Positions 28,736 through 38,041 are shown, counted from the stretch's first letter. The stretch: 44,306 nt of DNA from Candidatus Aegiribacteria sp. (GCA_046498225.1 JAWOBF010000106.1:1-44306); one strand, 5' to 3'. Translations and numbers: made by a program. The notes: generated from the sequence alone by a model not told the origin.

Positions 28736-29873
28736 CTTCAGAATCCTCTCCGGTTATCACCGGTACTTTGCATGCGGACGTCATTATCCTGTCCATCATA
28801 TCGCGATCACCGGTCTCGGCGTATATCGCCTGTGCCGTCTCAATTATCGCCAGCAGACCCCTGCGGACCTGCACGGGGTCGAGCCTCCCGTTGGAAGCCC
28901 ACCAAAACGGGCACGAGTATAACATCTTATCCGCCTGTTTGGCAACCCTCTCCGACCCGCTCTGGCCGGCCAGGGACCTTACTTCCCGCAGCAGTTTCCA
29001 CAGTTCAGCGTGTATCCTGTTCCCCGGATAGTCCCACAGGGGCCAGGGGATACCGGCGGAAACGTCCTCGGGAGTGGTGGACCAGCTTCCCGGGGGCACC
29101 TCCGCGGGAAGCGGCGGGAATATATCCGTCAGCCGGCCGGGAGTGACGAGTTCCATCTCCCCGCTGTCCCGTACCGAAGCTATGAAAGGTTCCAGGAATC
29201 TTTCTATGGTGCCCCTCCTGTGATGTCCGAATGTCTCACCGTCCATGGCTATCAGGATGTAGCAGTCACCCTCCCCGGCCCAGCTGTCCAGACCGCTGCA
29301 TATCTCGGCGGCGGTGGCCCTGCCGTCCTCCCCGTGAAAGGAAATCCTGTTGCTCCAGAAGTTGCTCCTTAGCAGGACCGACACGTCTCCGACCCTGGGC
29401 ACCCTGCGGAAAGGAACCCCGTTGTTCCTGCAGGTCCAGGGGACGTCGTCGGTTACCGTCCACCTGTAGCCAGTCTCCGTGAATATCGGAGGCAGCTCCC
29501 TTGAATAGGCCATCTCCGGAGGAAAGACACCCACGGGAGAATAGATGTCGCCGATGAGCCGCCGGTTGCCCTCCCTGTTCAGTTTCAGCTGCCTTACCAC
29601 GTCTTCCCTTCGGATCAGGGGGAATATGGGATGGTAGGCTCCCGAGTCCGTGAACTCCAGCCCCTCCGCCCGGGCGAGGTTCTGCAGGGTCGCCGACTTC
29701 AGCCTCTCCAGCTGCTCGGTAAGGGAATAGTTGATGTTGAAGCCCACCGGCGCTCCGGTATCCGCCAGCAGGCGCGTGAGCGGAGAGTAACACTGCGCGT
29801 CGATCCTGCGCACCAGGGAGATGTCCTGTGTCGGCGGCTGGTAGACGTGCAGAAGAAGGCTCAGGTATTTCAT
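28728..29873 (-). CDS. Glycoside hydrolase family 57
   Basis: HVYQP, YHPIFPL, FPPEM (nucleophile), MDGETFGHH (acid/base), PGSW. Confidence 0.85.
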   Translation of the reverse strand: MKYLSLLLHVYQPPTQDISLVRRIDAQCYSPLTRLLADTGAPVGFNINYSLTEQLERLKSATLQNLARAEGLEFTDSGAYHPIFPLIRREDVVRQLKLNREGNRRLIGDIYSPVGVFPPEMAYSRELPPIFTETGYRWTVTDDVPWTCRNNGVPFRRVPRVGDVSVLLRSNFWSNRISFHGEDGRATAAEICSGLDSWAGEGDCYILIAMDGETFGHHRRGTIERFLEPFIASVRDSGEMELVTPGRLTDIFPPLPAEVPPGSWSTTPEDVSAGIPWPLWDYPGNRIHAELWKLLREVRSLAGQSGSERVAKQADKMLYSCPFWWASNGRLDPVQVRRGLLAIIETAQAIYAETGDRDMMDRIMTSACKVPVITGEDSEDA

Positions 29874-30641
29874 CTATTCATTCTCCCTCAGTAATATCCG
29901 GTCACCCGGAGAAAGTCCCAGGAGGTCCGCCGCGCTCCCTCCGCTCACCGCCAGCTCCATGCATCCCTGGCTCCCGCGAAGGAACAGAACGCCCCTGTTC
30001 TCACCGTAGGTGTCCGCCGGGACCACCCCGCGGACCGATCCGTCCGGAAGCGCCGCCTCCGTGGGACGGAAATTCCCGTACTTCCCGGAATCCATCCAGA
30101 GAAGGACGTTTCCGAAACCGTCAACGTGCGCCACGGTCACCTTCTGTCCGCCTTCCGTTTCTACGGGCGGCCGGATCGCCAACTCCTCCATTTCGACAAC
30201 TTCCATCTTCTCGAGAAAACGCACCCATCCCGGCTGAGTGACCAGCCTGGCCGCCGCCGGCGCGAACAGGTCCCTTCCGTGGAAAGTGCTGCTGGAGCCT
30301 TCGGGAACCGGCGGCAGGACCCACGCCTCCCGAATGTCCAGCAGCCCGAAGAGGCCGTTGTCAGGGCCAACGTAGAGAATGCCGCCGGAGCTGCAGATCA
30401 CTCCCCTGCGCGAGGTTCCCACACCCGGGTCCACCACCGCCAGAACCACGGATCCGGGAGGTATCGCGCCCTGCGAGGCGTACAGGTGGAATGCTCCCTC
30501 CTTCACCGAACCCGGGCGAACTTCATGAGTGAGGTCCACCAGGGCGGTGTTCGGCGGGGCGGCTGACAGAAGAACCCCCTTCATCTGGGAGACGTAGGTG
30601 TCAGCCGTACCGAAATCCGTCAGGATGTATACCGTACTCAT
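29874..30641 (-). CDS. SAM hydroxide adenosyltransferase (DUF62, chlorinase/fluorinase family)
   Basis: LTDFG..D.YV.QMKG, VVDPGVGTSRR, GPDNG, STFHGRD, VDGFGN. Confidence 0.9.
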   Translation of the reverse strand: MSTVYILTDFGTADTYVSQMKGVLLSAAPPNTALVDLTHEVRPGSVKEGAFHLYASQGAIPPGSVVLAVVDPGVGTSRRGVICSSGGILYVGPDNGLFGLLDIREAWVLPPVPEGSSSTFHGRDLFAPAAARLVTQPGWVRFLEKMEVVEMEELAIRPPVETEGGQKVTVAHVDGFGNVLLWMDSGKYGNFRPTEAALPDGSVRGVVPADTYGENRGVLFLRGSQGCMELAVSGGSAADLLGLSPGDRILLRENE

Positions 30642-33600
30642 CTGTATTTCAGCACCACCAGGGTCTGGTCATCGCTCTGAGGAGTCTGACCGGAATGCGC
30701 ATTCACGGACTCGAGCAGCCCAACCGCTATCTGGTGCGCTGCGAGGTCCCGGTTCTCCGTCACGACCTCCCTGAGCCTCTCGGTGCCGAACTCCCGCTCA
30801 TCACGGTCCATGGCTTCGGTGAGTCCGTCGGTGTACATGACCAGAACGTCTCCGGATTCAAGCCTGATGGATTCATGCTCGTACGTGGCGCCGGCCGTCA
30901 GACCGAGTATCAGCCCCCCGCGGTCCAGCCATCTGAAGGAGCCCTCCCTCCTTATCAGGAGCGGCGGGTTGTGGCCGGCGTTCACGTAGGTGAGGTTGCC
31001 GGTGTCGGTATCCAGGACCCCGTAGAAGAGGCCGGTCATTATCGGGTCCCCCTCGCCGAGCACCGAGGATTCATTCACCTTGCGCATTATGTCGCTCATG
31101 GAGTAGATGCTCTGGACGAAAGCTTCCAGATTGCCCTTCAGCCCCGCCATGGTAAGGGCGGCGGGAATCCCCTTCCCCGCCACGTCCGCGATGGCCAGGC
31201 CCAGGTTGCGGTCGGGAAGGTGAAAGAAATCGTAGTAATCGCCCCCCACTTCCCTGGCAGGCCGGTAGAATATATCTATGTCGCACCGCTCGTGGGCGGG
31301 GGGGCGGTCGGGAAGCAGGTCAAGCTGTATCTTCCTGGCCATGTTGAGTTCCTCAGAGATGGCATGGCCGGTGGACAGCCGGTCCAGCAGTATGTCCGGC
31401 ATCTTCTTCCTTATGATGTCCGAGGCCAGCAGTCCGGGCGTCTCGGTGACCGTTCTTATAACCTCCATCCTCACGCTTCTGTCGGGGTCGGCGAAACGGT
31501 CCGCCAGCTTTGCGTAGACTTCCTTCGAGGAGCAGAGCTCCGGTCTCTCCCTGAGCCCCCTTACCGCCTCCATGCGAATGTCGGACGCGGGGTCGTCCAG
31601 CGCCCGCATGAGGACCGGAAGGAGCTTTTCGGCCGGGACCCTCACGCTGGTCAGGAGTCCGTTGAACCCGTTCAGCCTTACGTAGCTGTCACGGTCCGAC
31701 AGGAGTACATCCAGGGAACCGGTCAGTCCGGTGGACTCATCGGTCTCCAGCTCTCCCAGCGCCCGGGCCGCGGCTGCTCTTACCGCTCTCTCCTCATCCC
31801 CCGCCAGCCTGAAGAGAACGTTCATGTACCGCCGGCTTCCCAGGGTCCGTATGGAGTTCACCAGTTTCCTGCGCACATAGGAGGACGGATCGTCGATGAA
31901 TTCCTCCAGGTACTCGTCCACCCTCTTCCCAAGTTCATCCCTGTTCCATAGGACGAAGAAGACCGGCGCCGCCCTTCTCTTGAACTCGCCGCTTTTCACC
32001 AGTTCTCCCGTGAATTCAACCGAAGCGTCCACCAGGTCTTTCCTGCCAAGGCATATCAGCTGGCTGAGGGCTTCCCTTCCCTGGTAATGGTCGGATCCCA
32101 GAACGGTCCGCAGGAGTTCGCCGCGCATGTCATCGTCCATGATACCGTAATAGCGCAGGACCATGCTGGCGAACTCCCTGCTGTGGGAAATCCTTTCGTG
32201 TATCATTTCCCGAAGCGTCAATTTCTCCTCATCGTTCAGCGAGGAGAAGTTCATCAGCATGCATCTCGTTACCAGGAAAACGTCCTCCTCGGCCAGGTCG
32301 CTGCGCAGGGACTCCCTCACCTCGGGGCTGAAGAAGCGGAGCCTGGCTCCGATCCTCCAGGCCAGCTGGCCCTTGCCTCCGGGGGGCAGTCTTTCCATCA
32401 GGATCCAGAGCAGGTCGTTGAACTCCTGGTTGAACTTCTCAAGCCTTCTGTTCAGAAGACCCATAATGAGGGTGGTCATCTGCAGCGGGTTTCCCTGCTC
32501 AAGCACTTCGTTCAGCACGTCGTACTCCCTGCTGTCCAGGTCGGGGAACTTGCTTCCCAGGTAGAGCATCAGGCTCCGGCGTACTTCGAAGGAATCGTCC
32601 TCCAGGAATGTCCTGTATATCTCCAGGCTCCTCCCGGTCATGCTGCGCATGGTGAGGTCCTGCAGGAACTGTCCCCTCACACCGGGTTCCGGATCGGCGG
32701 CCGCGCCTTCCACGATATCCCGAAAAGCGGATGACTCCAGCACCCAGCTCCGCCCCAGGGAGCCGGCCACGGCCATTCGAACCTCGGTGCCGCCCCTGTT
32801 CATCATCATCCTGTACATGCTGACCAGGGACCCGTCCAGGTTGTCCGGGGAACTGAGGAGCATATTGAGAACGTCGATAAGGACCAGGCGCGACCTTTCC
32901 GACGCTATGTGGAGGAGAAGCTTGGCCTTGACCTCATCGGAAAGACTTCCGTAGAAACCGGCCAGGAAGTATCCCGCTCTCCTGATGTTCGCCTCCTCGC
33001 TCTCCATTAGTATGTCCGTGAACGCCCTGATGACAGGGGCGTCCACTTCCAGCAGCTCCCTGATGCCCTGGTCGATGGCCCACATCTTCACCGAATCGCT
33101 CACCGCGAGATAGACCTCTCCCTTGCCGCTCAATCTCCTGAACGGGTCCACGTTTCCCGCGGCCAGCGACCCCGAATAGAAGTCCTCCAGTTCATCATCC
33201 GTGGGGAACCTCTTGCTCTCCTGGACAATCAGCCTGTCCAGAAGGCGGAACAGCACGCGCTTGAAGACGGCTTCCGCCACCACGGGGTCGAAAGCGGCAA
33301 GGAGCAGAAGTTCCGCCTTCTCCAGCGATCCCAGGCCTCGGAACCATTCCAGAGCTTCCCGCGCCTGCTCCAGCCTCCACTGCCTTTCGGCGGAGGGCTC
33401 CGGCAGCCTGACGTGCGCATCATGGTGGTTATCGAAGATGTCCGCTATTACGGTGGAGGATGTGGCAAGTATAAGTCTGTGGCGGGTTTCGGTTGCCCGT
33501 ATCATCAGCGATGTGACAAGCGACCACAGCCTGCCGGGAAAGATGTCCACCGTCCTCCTGAGATTGTCGATATCCAGGAAGACGGCGCAGTCCTCCGGTC

Positions 33601-34246
33601 CGGTCAGGAGGCGCACGACCTCTCTGAAATCCAGGTCCCTGGCTATTATCTCCAGGGGATTGAGTCCCTCACTGTATGCCTCGGCAAGAAGTTTTCTGGC
33701 TATGGTTGTCTTCCCGGCTCCCAGGGAGCCGCTGAGGCATACGAACCCCCGTCGGTGGAAAACCTCCCTGGCCTTCTCCATGGATTCCCGGTCTACCGGG
33801 AGCACATCCCCGCTGCCGTAGGAATCTATCAGCTCCCTGCCCTCAGGGTACGGGAAGGACTCGCGGTTGAGTCCGCTGAGCCACTCCTGAACTTTCTTTC
33901 TTACTATCTCCCTGCCCTGGTTCGCCGAGTCGAATACCCAGCAGCGGTCGGCCGCGGAAAGGGCTTTCACTACATTGTCGTCATCCGGTTCGCTCCGGTA
34001 GCAGAGGGCGGCTATGGGTATGTCCCGCCTGAGACAGCGGAAATATGTATTGCGCAGATCGGGGGAAAGGGGACCGTTGATGATGAGGAGGAGCGCGTCC
34101 GAAACCGGCCGGTCCGAATCGGACACTTTCAGGGAGTCCGCCCACTTGGGCGGCACCAGGGCCTCCGTGTCGGTCTTCAGTATATCCTTGACGCCGCCGG
34201 GCAGTTCCCTGCCTTCGAATACCACTGACAGATTGAAACTGTTCAC
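30638..34246 (-). CDS. Multidomain RsbU/SpoIIE PP2C phosphatase: N-terminal alpha/beta domain, STAND-like P-loop NTPase, HEAT repeats
   Basis: GSLGAGKTT (aa ~173); D...VR HEAT repeats; from aa ~965 ARKIQ, VGGDYYD, IADVAGKG, NAGH, YTDGL, SDDQT. Confidence 0.88.
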   Translation of the reverse strand: MNSFNLSVVFEGRELPGGVKDILKTDTEALVPPKWADSLKVSDSDRPVSDALLLIINGPLSPDLRNTYFRCLRRDIPIAALCYRSEPDDDNVVKALSAADRCWVFDSANQGREIVRKKVQEWLSGLNRESFPYPEGRELIDSYGSGDVLPVDRESMEKAREVFHRRGFVCLSGSLGAGKTTIARKLLAEAYSEGLNPLEIIARDLDFREVVRLLTGPEDCAVFLDIDNLRRTVDIFPGRLWSLVTSLMIRATETRHRLILATSSTVIADIFDNHHDAHVRLPEPSAERQWRLEQAREALEWFRGLGSLEKAELLLLAAFDPVVAEAVFKRVLFRLLDRLIVQESKRFPTDDELEDFYSGSLAAGNVDPFRRLSGKGEVYLAVSDSVKMWAIDQGIRELLEVDAPVIRAFTDILMESEEANIRRAGYFLAGFYGSLSDEVKAKLLLHIASERSRLVLIDVLNMLLSSPDNLDGSLVSMYRMMMNRGGTEVRMAVAGSLGRSWVLESSAFRDIVEGAAADPEPGVRGQFLQDLTMRSMTGRSLEIYRTFLEDDSFEVRRSLMLYLGSKFPDLDSREYDVLNEVLEQGNPLQMTTLIMGLLNRRLEKFNQEFNDLLWILMERLPPGGKGQLAWRIGARLRFFSPEVRESLRSDLAEEDVFLVTRCMLMNFSSLNDEEKLTLREMIHERISHSREFASMVLRYYGIMDDDMRGELLRTVLGSDHYQGREALSQLICLGRKDLVDASVEFTGELVKSGEFKRRAAPVFFVLWNRDELGKRVDEYLEEFIDDPSSYVRRKLVNSIRTLGSRRYMNVLFRLAGDEERAVRAAAARALGELETDESTGLTGSLDVLLSDRDSYVRLNGFNGLLTSVRVPAEKLLPVLMRALDDPASDIRMEAVRGLRERPELCSSKEVYAKLADRFADPDRSVRMEVIRTVTETPGLLASDIIRKKMPDILLDRLSTGHAISEELNMARKIQLDLLPDRPPAHERCDIDIFYRPAREVGGDYYDFFHLPDRNLGLAIADVAGKGIPAALTMAGLKGNLEAFVQSIYSMSDIMRKVNESSVLGEGDPIMTGLFYGVLDTDTGNLTYVNAGHNPPLLIRREGSFRWLDRGGLILGLTAGATYEHESIRLESGDVLVMYTDGLTEAMDRDEREFGTERLREVVTENRDLAAHQIAVGLLESVNAHSGQTPQSDDQTLVVLKYR

Positions 34247-34263
34247 GGGGTGGAAACCACTTT

Positions 34264-34677
34264 TCAGGTCAGAGGCCAGATAAGCGTCACCCTGGTTTTA
34301 CCTTCCGGAGTCAGTCCGAACTCGACCCACTTGGCCAGGTTTCGGGCGATGAGGATTCCCCGTCCCCTGGTGGAGAGGAGTTCCTCCCCCTCTCCGGGAT
34401 TGAAACCCAGGGCCTTTTCCGGTTCCCATGTTCCTTCGTCGTCTATCAGAAAACGTATTCGATTGTGAAAGATATTGAAGCTGACGGTGACCTTCTTCTC
34501 GGGGTCGTTCCCGTTCCCGTGTTCCATTGCGTTCTTGACCAGTTCGATAACGGCTATGGACAGGGATGACAGCTCCTCCTCCTCCACGTGGGCGGATCTT
34601 CCCACGGCCTCTATCATCTGCTGGGCCGGTTCGAGGACCGAGGGGTCGCTGGGAAATCTCAGTTCAATGGGCTGCAC
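34264..34677 (-). CDS. rsbW: Anti-sigma factor Ser kinase (RsbW/SpoIIAB family)
   Basis: ELVKNAMEHGN N-box, DDEG, RGRGI. Confidence 0.85.
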   Translation of the reverse strand: MQPIELRFPSDPSVLEPAQQMIEAVGRSAHVEEEELSSLSIAVIELVKNAMEHGNGNDPEKKVTVSFNIFHNRIRFLIDDEGTWEPEKALGFNPGEGEELLSTRGRGILIARNLAKWVEFGLTPEGKTRVTLIWPLT

Positions 34678-34679
34678 GG

Positions 34680-35021
34680 TCAGTCTCCAAAGCTGTCCAG
34701 CGCTTCCTGCTCATCCGTGAACGTCTCGAAAATGGTGATAAGCTTGGTGATTATGAACAGCTCATGGATCTTCTTGGTGGCATTGAGGATCTTCAGGGCT
34801 CCACCCGCCCTGGAGAGGGTGGTGTGGCCCGAAACGATGACACCCAGACCGGAACTGTCCATCCAGCTGACCTTGCCGAGGTCCAGAAGAACCTTCTTTA
34901 TCCCCTTGTCAACCGCCTTCTGGAAAGTACTCTTCACTTCCACCAGGTCGGGTCCTCCGATAACCTTGCCTGAAAGGGCGATTACCAGGACATCACCTTT
35001 CATCTCCTCTTTGATCTTCAA
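34680..35021 (-). CDS. rsbV: STAS anti-sigma factor antagonist
   Basis: LDL..V.WMDSSGLG phosphoacceptor motif; TTG start at 35021 spaced 6 nt from GGAGG. Confidence 0.9.
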   Translation of the reverse strand: MKIKEEMKGDVLVIALSGKVIGGPDLVEVKSTFQKAVDKGIKKVLLDLGKVSWMDSSGLGVIVSGHTTLSRAGGALKILNATKKIHELFIITKLITIFETFTDEQEALDSFGD

Positions 35022-35071
35022 TTTCAACCTCCCGGGAACGATTGTACTGTACTCAGGTCCTGTCAGGGTTT

Positions 35072-35099
35072 AATATATCCTCAAAACAGGAATTGACAA
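35072..35099 (-). promoter_or_regulatory. Candidate promoter for the rsbV-rsbW-phosphatase run
   Basis: TTGTCA-16 nt-TATATT in the only sizeable gap of this gene run. Confidence 0.4.
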
Positions 35100-35112
35100 A
35101 ATTCGAACCCGG

Positions 35113-36120
35113 TCAGGAGCAGGCTACGAAATCCTTCCACTCCCGCAGCCCGATTCCCCGCAGGAATTCACTGATAGCGGATCTGGCCCCGGGCTGACGT
35201 GAAGCTATCACCACGGGTACGCCCGGATTGTCCTTCAGCGCATCCGTGGACAATACCGGTCTTCCCCTGAGGCTCCCGATCCGCCTTCCCGGCGAGGGAG
35301 CCAGGAATGCCTCTATCCTGAAACCGTTATCCTGCAGGCATCTGCCAAGTCTTCTCGCCGTCTGTCCCGCTCCGGCCACGTATATCCTCTTTCCGGACAT
35401 GCATGGCACCAGCTCCAGGTACCTGGCCTTCAGCCTGTAGAAGCCGGTCAGGGAGTAGGCGGGTGAGGTGCGGGAAAGCCTGTCCGGCCTGTCCCGCCAG
35501 AGGAGCAGCACTTCGGGCACCCTGGCGAAGCGGTAGCCCCTGCTCCATAGCCGCAGCCACAGTTCGTAGTCCTCCGGAAGCTCTCTCTCCATGTATCCCC
35601 CCTCCCGCAGGACTCCCCGGTGATAGAAGGCTGTCGGGTGGGGCACCGGACTCTCCACGAAGAGGTTCTTCTCTATCTCTTCCGGCTCCGTCAGCCGGTT
35701 CAGCCAGTTCTCGTAAGCCCTGTATCCCTCGGTCACCACATCCCGGGGAAAGCTCCTCACACGGCACGTGACCACGGTCCGGGGGCCGCACCGCCGGGCC
35801 AGCTCCAGCTGCCTGCCGATCCTGTCGGGCATGCAGATGTCATCGGCATCCATTCTCGCCACCCAGCTTCCCCGGCAGAGCCGGAGGCCTGCGTTCAGGG
35901 CGTCCACCAGGCCACTGCCGGACGAATCCGCCAAACGGTATCGGCGGTCCTTTCCGCACCAGCGTTCCGCGATAGCTCTGGATGAATCGGTGGAGCCGTC
36001 GTCCACCATCACCACCTCGATGTCGCCGAAGGTCTGGGATGCCACGGACGCGAGGGCCTGTTCGAAAAAGGCTTCCGCGTTCCTGAAGGGGATCAGCACC
36101 GATACCGGCGGGCCGCTCAA
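35113..36120 (-). CDS. GT2 glycosyltransferase with C-terminal Rossmann-like domain
   Basis: VSVLIP.RN, VDDGSTD, ARMDADD, HPT, EDYELWLR; TTG 36120 overlaps the upstream TGA. Confidence 0.85.
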   Translation of the reverse strand: MSGPPVSVLIPFRNAEAFFEQALASVASQTFGDIEVVMVDDGSTDSSRAIAERWCGKDRRYRLADSSGSGLVDALNAGLRLCRGSWVARMDADDICMPDRIGRQLELARRCGPRTVVTCRVRSFPRDVVTEGYRAYENWLNRLTEPEEIEKNLFVESPVPHPTAFYHRGVLREGGYMERELPEDYELWLRLWSRGYRFARVPEVLLLWRDRPDRLSRTSPAYSLTGFYRLKARYLELVPCMSGKRIYVAGAGQTARRLGRCLQDNGFRIEAFLAPSPGRRIGSLRGRPVLSTDALKDNPGVPVVIASRQPGARSAISEFLRGIGLREWKDFVACS

Positions 36121-36932
36121 TTCAGCAGGGATTCCACTATTAGTAACAGCTCCTCCGGAGTCCGGGCTATCCTTCCGCAGGCGTCGCCGACGCAGGGCTG
36201 GGCATAGGGGAATCCGGTGAACGGCAGGTAGAGTTCCTCCATGGCCATGCTGTCCAGGGGTGAGGACGGGTCGAAGAGGTCCACCGACTCCGGTCCGGCC
36301 AGTTCCACGGAAGTCTCGTGAAGCAGGATGGTCATTGAATCGGAAGGAGGACCCACAACGTTCAGGTGCAGTTCCGGCTCGGAGTCCACAACGGTATCCG
36401 GGGGCATCACCGCGGCCCCGGAAACGGCGGATAGGAAAAAACTCTCGTCCCTTGCGCCTGCGGCCCGTACCGTCTCGTTCCCCTCCCCGTCCAGTATTAT
36501 GGTCACCGGAAGCACGTCGGGAAGCTCCCAGTCCCGCTTGAGGGCGGCGGCTTCCCCCCGGCTGAGCCAGATCACAGGCATGGAAAGCGTGAACTCCTCC
36601 CGGAAACCCAGCAGGGTCTCCAGCCGCGGGTCGCCGATATCCACCGCCAGCGCTTCCACGTCCCCTTCCATGGAGCGGTACACGTTGTCTATGTGGGGAA
36701 GTTCGCCCACGCAGGGGGAACACCAGGTTGCCCAGAAGTTGATGATGACCGGCCTTCCCCGGGCCTGTTCCACCAGGCTGTCCAGGGCCGCCCTGCCTTC
36801 GAACAGCGGTCCCTGTTCAACACTCTGGCCGACGGCGTCCGGGCTGGAGCCGTACCTTATCGCCGGATACAGGAACACCAGGACCAGGAATATCCAGAGG
36901 TAGTCGACCGGTTTGCGGTACCTCACCGTCAC
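36117..36932 (-). CDS. Membrane-anchored TlpA/redoxin thiol-disulfide oxidoreductase with C-terminal extension
   Basis: N-terminal TM; NFWATWCSPC..ELP; LPVT. Confidence 0.85.
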   Translation of the reverse strand: MTVRYRKPVDYLWIFLVLVFLYPAIRYGSSPDAVGQSVEQGPLFEGRAALDSLVEQARGRPVIINFWATWCSPCVGELPHIDNVYRSMEGDVEALAVDIGDPRLETLLGFREEFTLSMPVIWLSRGEAAALKRDWELPDVLPVTIILDGEGNETVRAAGARDESFFLSAVSGAAVMPPDTVVDSEPELHLNVVGPPSDSMTILLHETSVELAGPESVDLFDPSSPLDSMAMEELYLPFTGFPYAQPCVGDACGRIARTPEELLLIVESLLN

Positions 36933-37804
36933 CCGTCCTCACCCCTTCGGCCGTCATGGTGGATGGCCTTCACCGGGCAGATGTCTATGCATTTACCGCA
37001 CCTTACGCACTCCGCCGAATCCGGTTCCCTGTAGATGGCGATGTCCACCGGGCATACGTCCCTGCATCTGTCGCACTCGATGCAGGAGCTGTCAACCCGC
37101 ATTCTGAATACCGATACCTTTCCTGCCAGGCCCCATAAGGCTCCCAGCGGGCACAGCACCCTGCAGAAGGCTCGTCTGGAAGCTACCGTCCACAGGAGTA
37201 TCAGAACCAGCACCGCCATCTTCCAGGTGAACAGGAAACCGGTCTCCAGGGTCTCCCCCCCGTCATGCAGTACCAGAGGCACTCCGGCGGTCAGGGTTCC
37301 GGAGGGACATATGACCTTGCAGAACCAGGGGTCGCCTCCCGCGCCCGGCACGGTCCTTATCGTGAGCGGCAGTATGAACATGAATATCAGGAGGACGGCG
37401 TACTTCCCGTCGCGCCACGCTGATGGTATTCCGAGCTTGGGTGAAGGTATCCTGTACAGAATGTCCTGAAGCAGGCCGAAGGGGCAGAACCAGCCGCAGG
37501 CGAACCTGCCGGCCAGGAATCCGAAGACCAGCAGGAAACCGAGAACGCCCAGCAGGATGAGGGCATCCGGTCTGCCGGTGGCGATACCGCCCATGAAGCC
37601 CTCCGTTGACAGGATGTTCTGAACCGAGCCGGCGGGACAGGCAAGGACGCTGGAGGGACACGAGTAGCAGTGAAGGCCGGGAATGGGGAACATCTTCGAC
37701 CTTCCGGTGAAGATGGCGCCGGTTATCCACCCCTGAAGGTAGAGGTTGGTGGCCAGGAGCGACACCAGCTGAACCAGCCTGCGGGTCCTTTCCCTTACGG
37801 TCAT
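36929..37804 (-). CDS. Membrane 4Fe-4S binding protein (NapH/polyferredoxin-like)
   Basis: CYSCP, CP.G, CGWFCP.G, CKVICP, CRVLCP and two CxxCxxCxxxCP motifs. Confidence 0.88.
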   Translation of the reverse strand: MTVRERTRRLVQLVSLLATNLYLQGWITGAIFTGRSKMFPIPGLHCYSCPSSVLACPAGSVQNILSTEGFMGGIATGRPDALILLGVLGFLLVFGFLAGRFACGWFCPFGLLQDILYRIPSPKLGIPSAWRDGKYAVLLIFMFILPLTIRTVPGAGGDPWFCKVICPSGTLTAGVPLVLHDGGETLETGFLFTWKMAVLVLILLWTVASRRAFCRVLCPLGALWGLAGKVSVFRMRVDSSCIECDRCRDVCPVDIAIYREPDSAECVRCGKCIDICPVKAIHHDGRRGEDG

Positions 37805-37944
37805 CCCACTCCGATGCACGCCAGGCAGATGCTGGCAGCCTCCTGCCAGATGGCCATCGGGTCTCCCCAGACGTATCCGGAAACCATCATCACGGCCGCC
37901 ACGGCCACCAGAGCTATTCTAAGGGCCAGGGGGATCTTTCTCAT
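37801..37944 (-). CDS. CD1871A-family CXXC small membrane protein
   Basis: 47 aa, one TM, C-terminal ICLACIGVG; coupled to the 4Fe-4S gene. Confidence 0.8.
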   Translation of the reverse strand: MRKIPLALRIALVAVAAVMMVSGYVWGDPMAIWQEAASICLACIGVG

Positions 37945-37966
37945 GCTCACCAACCGAAGATAATGG

Positions 37967-38041
37967 TGGAGGCGGCGATCGGATTCGAACCGATGAATGG
38001 TGGATTTGCAGTCCACTGCCTTCCCACTTGGCTACGCCGCC
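37967..38041 (-). tRNA. tRNA-Cys (GCA)
   Basis: GGCGGCG acceptor stem, GTGGA-CTGCAAA-TCCAC anticodon arm, GGTTCGAATCC T-arm, U discriminator, encoded CCA. Confidence 0.97.

Noticed and set aside
29874..30641. Fluorinase/chlorinase as a halogenation pathway
   Set aside because: Has the Asp-Arg-His motifs (VVDPG, RR, TFHGRD) of DUF62 SAM hydrolases and no biosynthetic context
36121..36723. Long N-terminal extension of the GT2 (536-aa ORF)
   Set aside because: Arg/Gly/Pro-rich shadow of the TlpA gene; the GT2 motif starts right after TTG 36120
37964..37969. Genomic CCACCA at the tRNA 3' end
   Set aside because: The CCACCA decay tag is added post-transcriptionally; three extra matching bases are easily chance
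37945..38016. ORF extension MDCKSTIHRFESDRRLH
   Set aside because: This is the tRNA-Cys sequence read as codons
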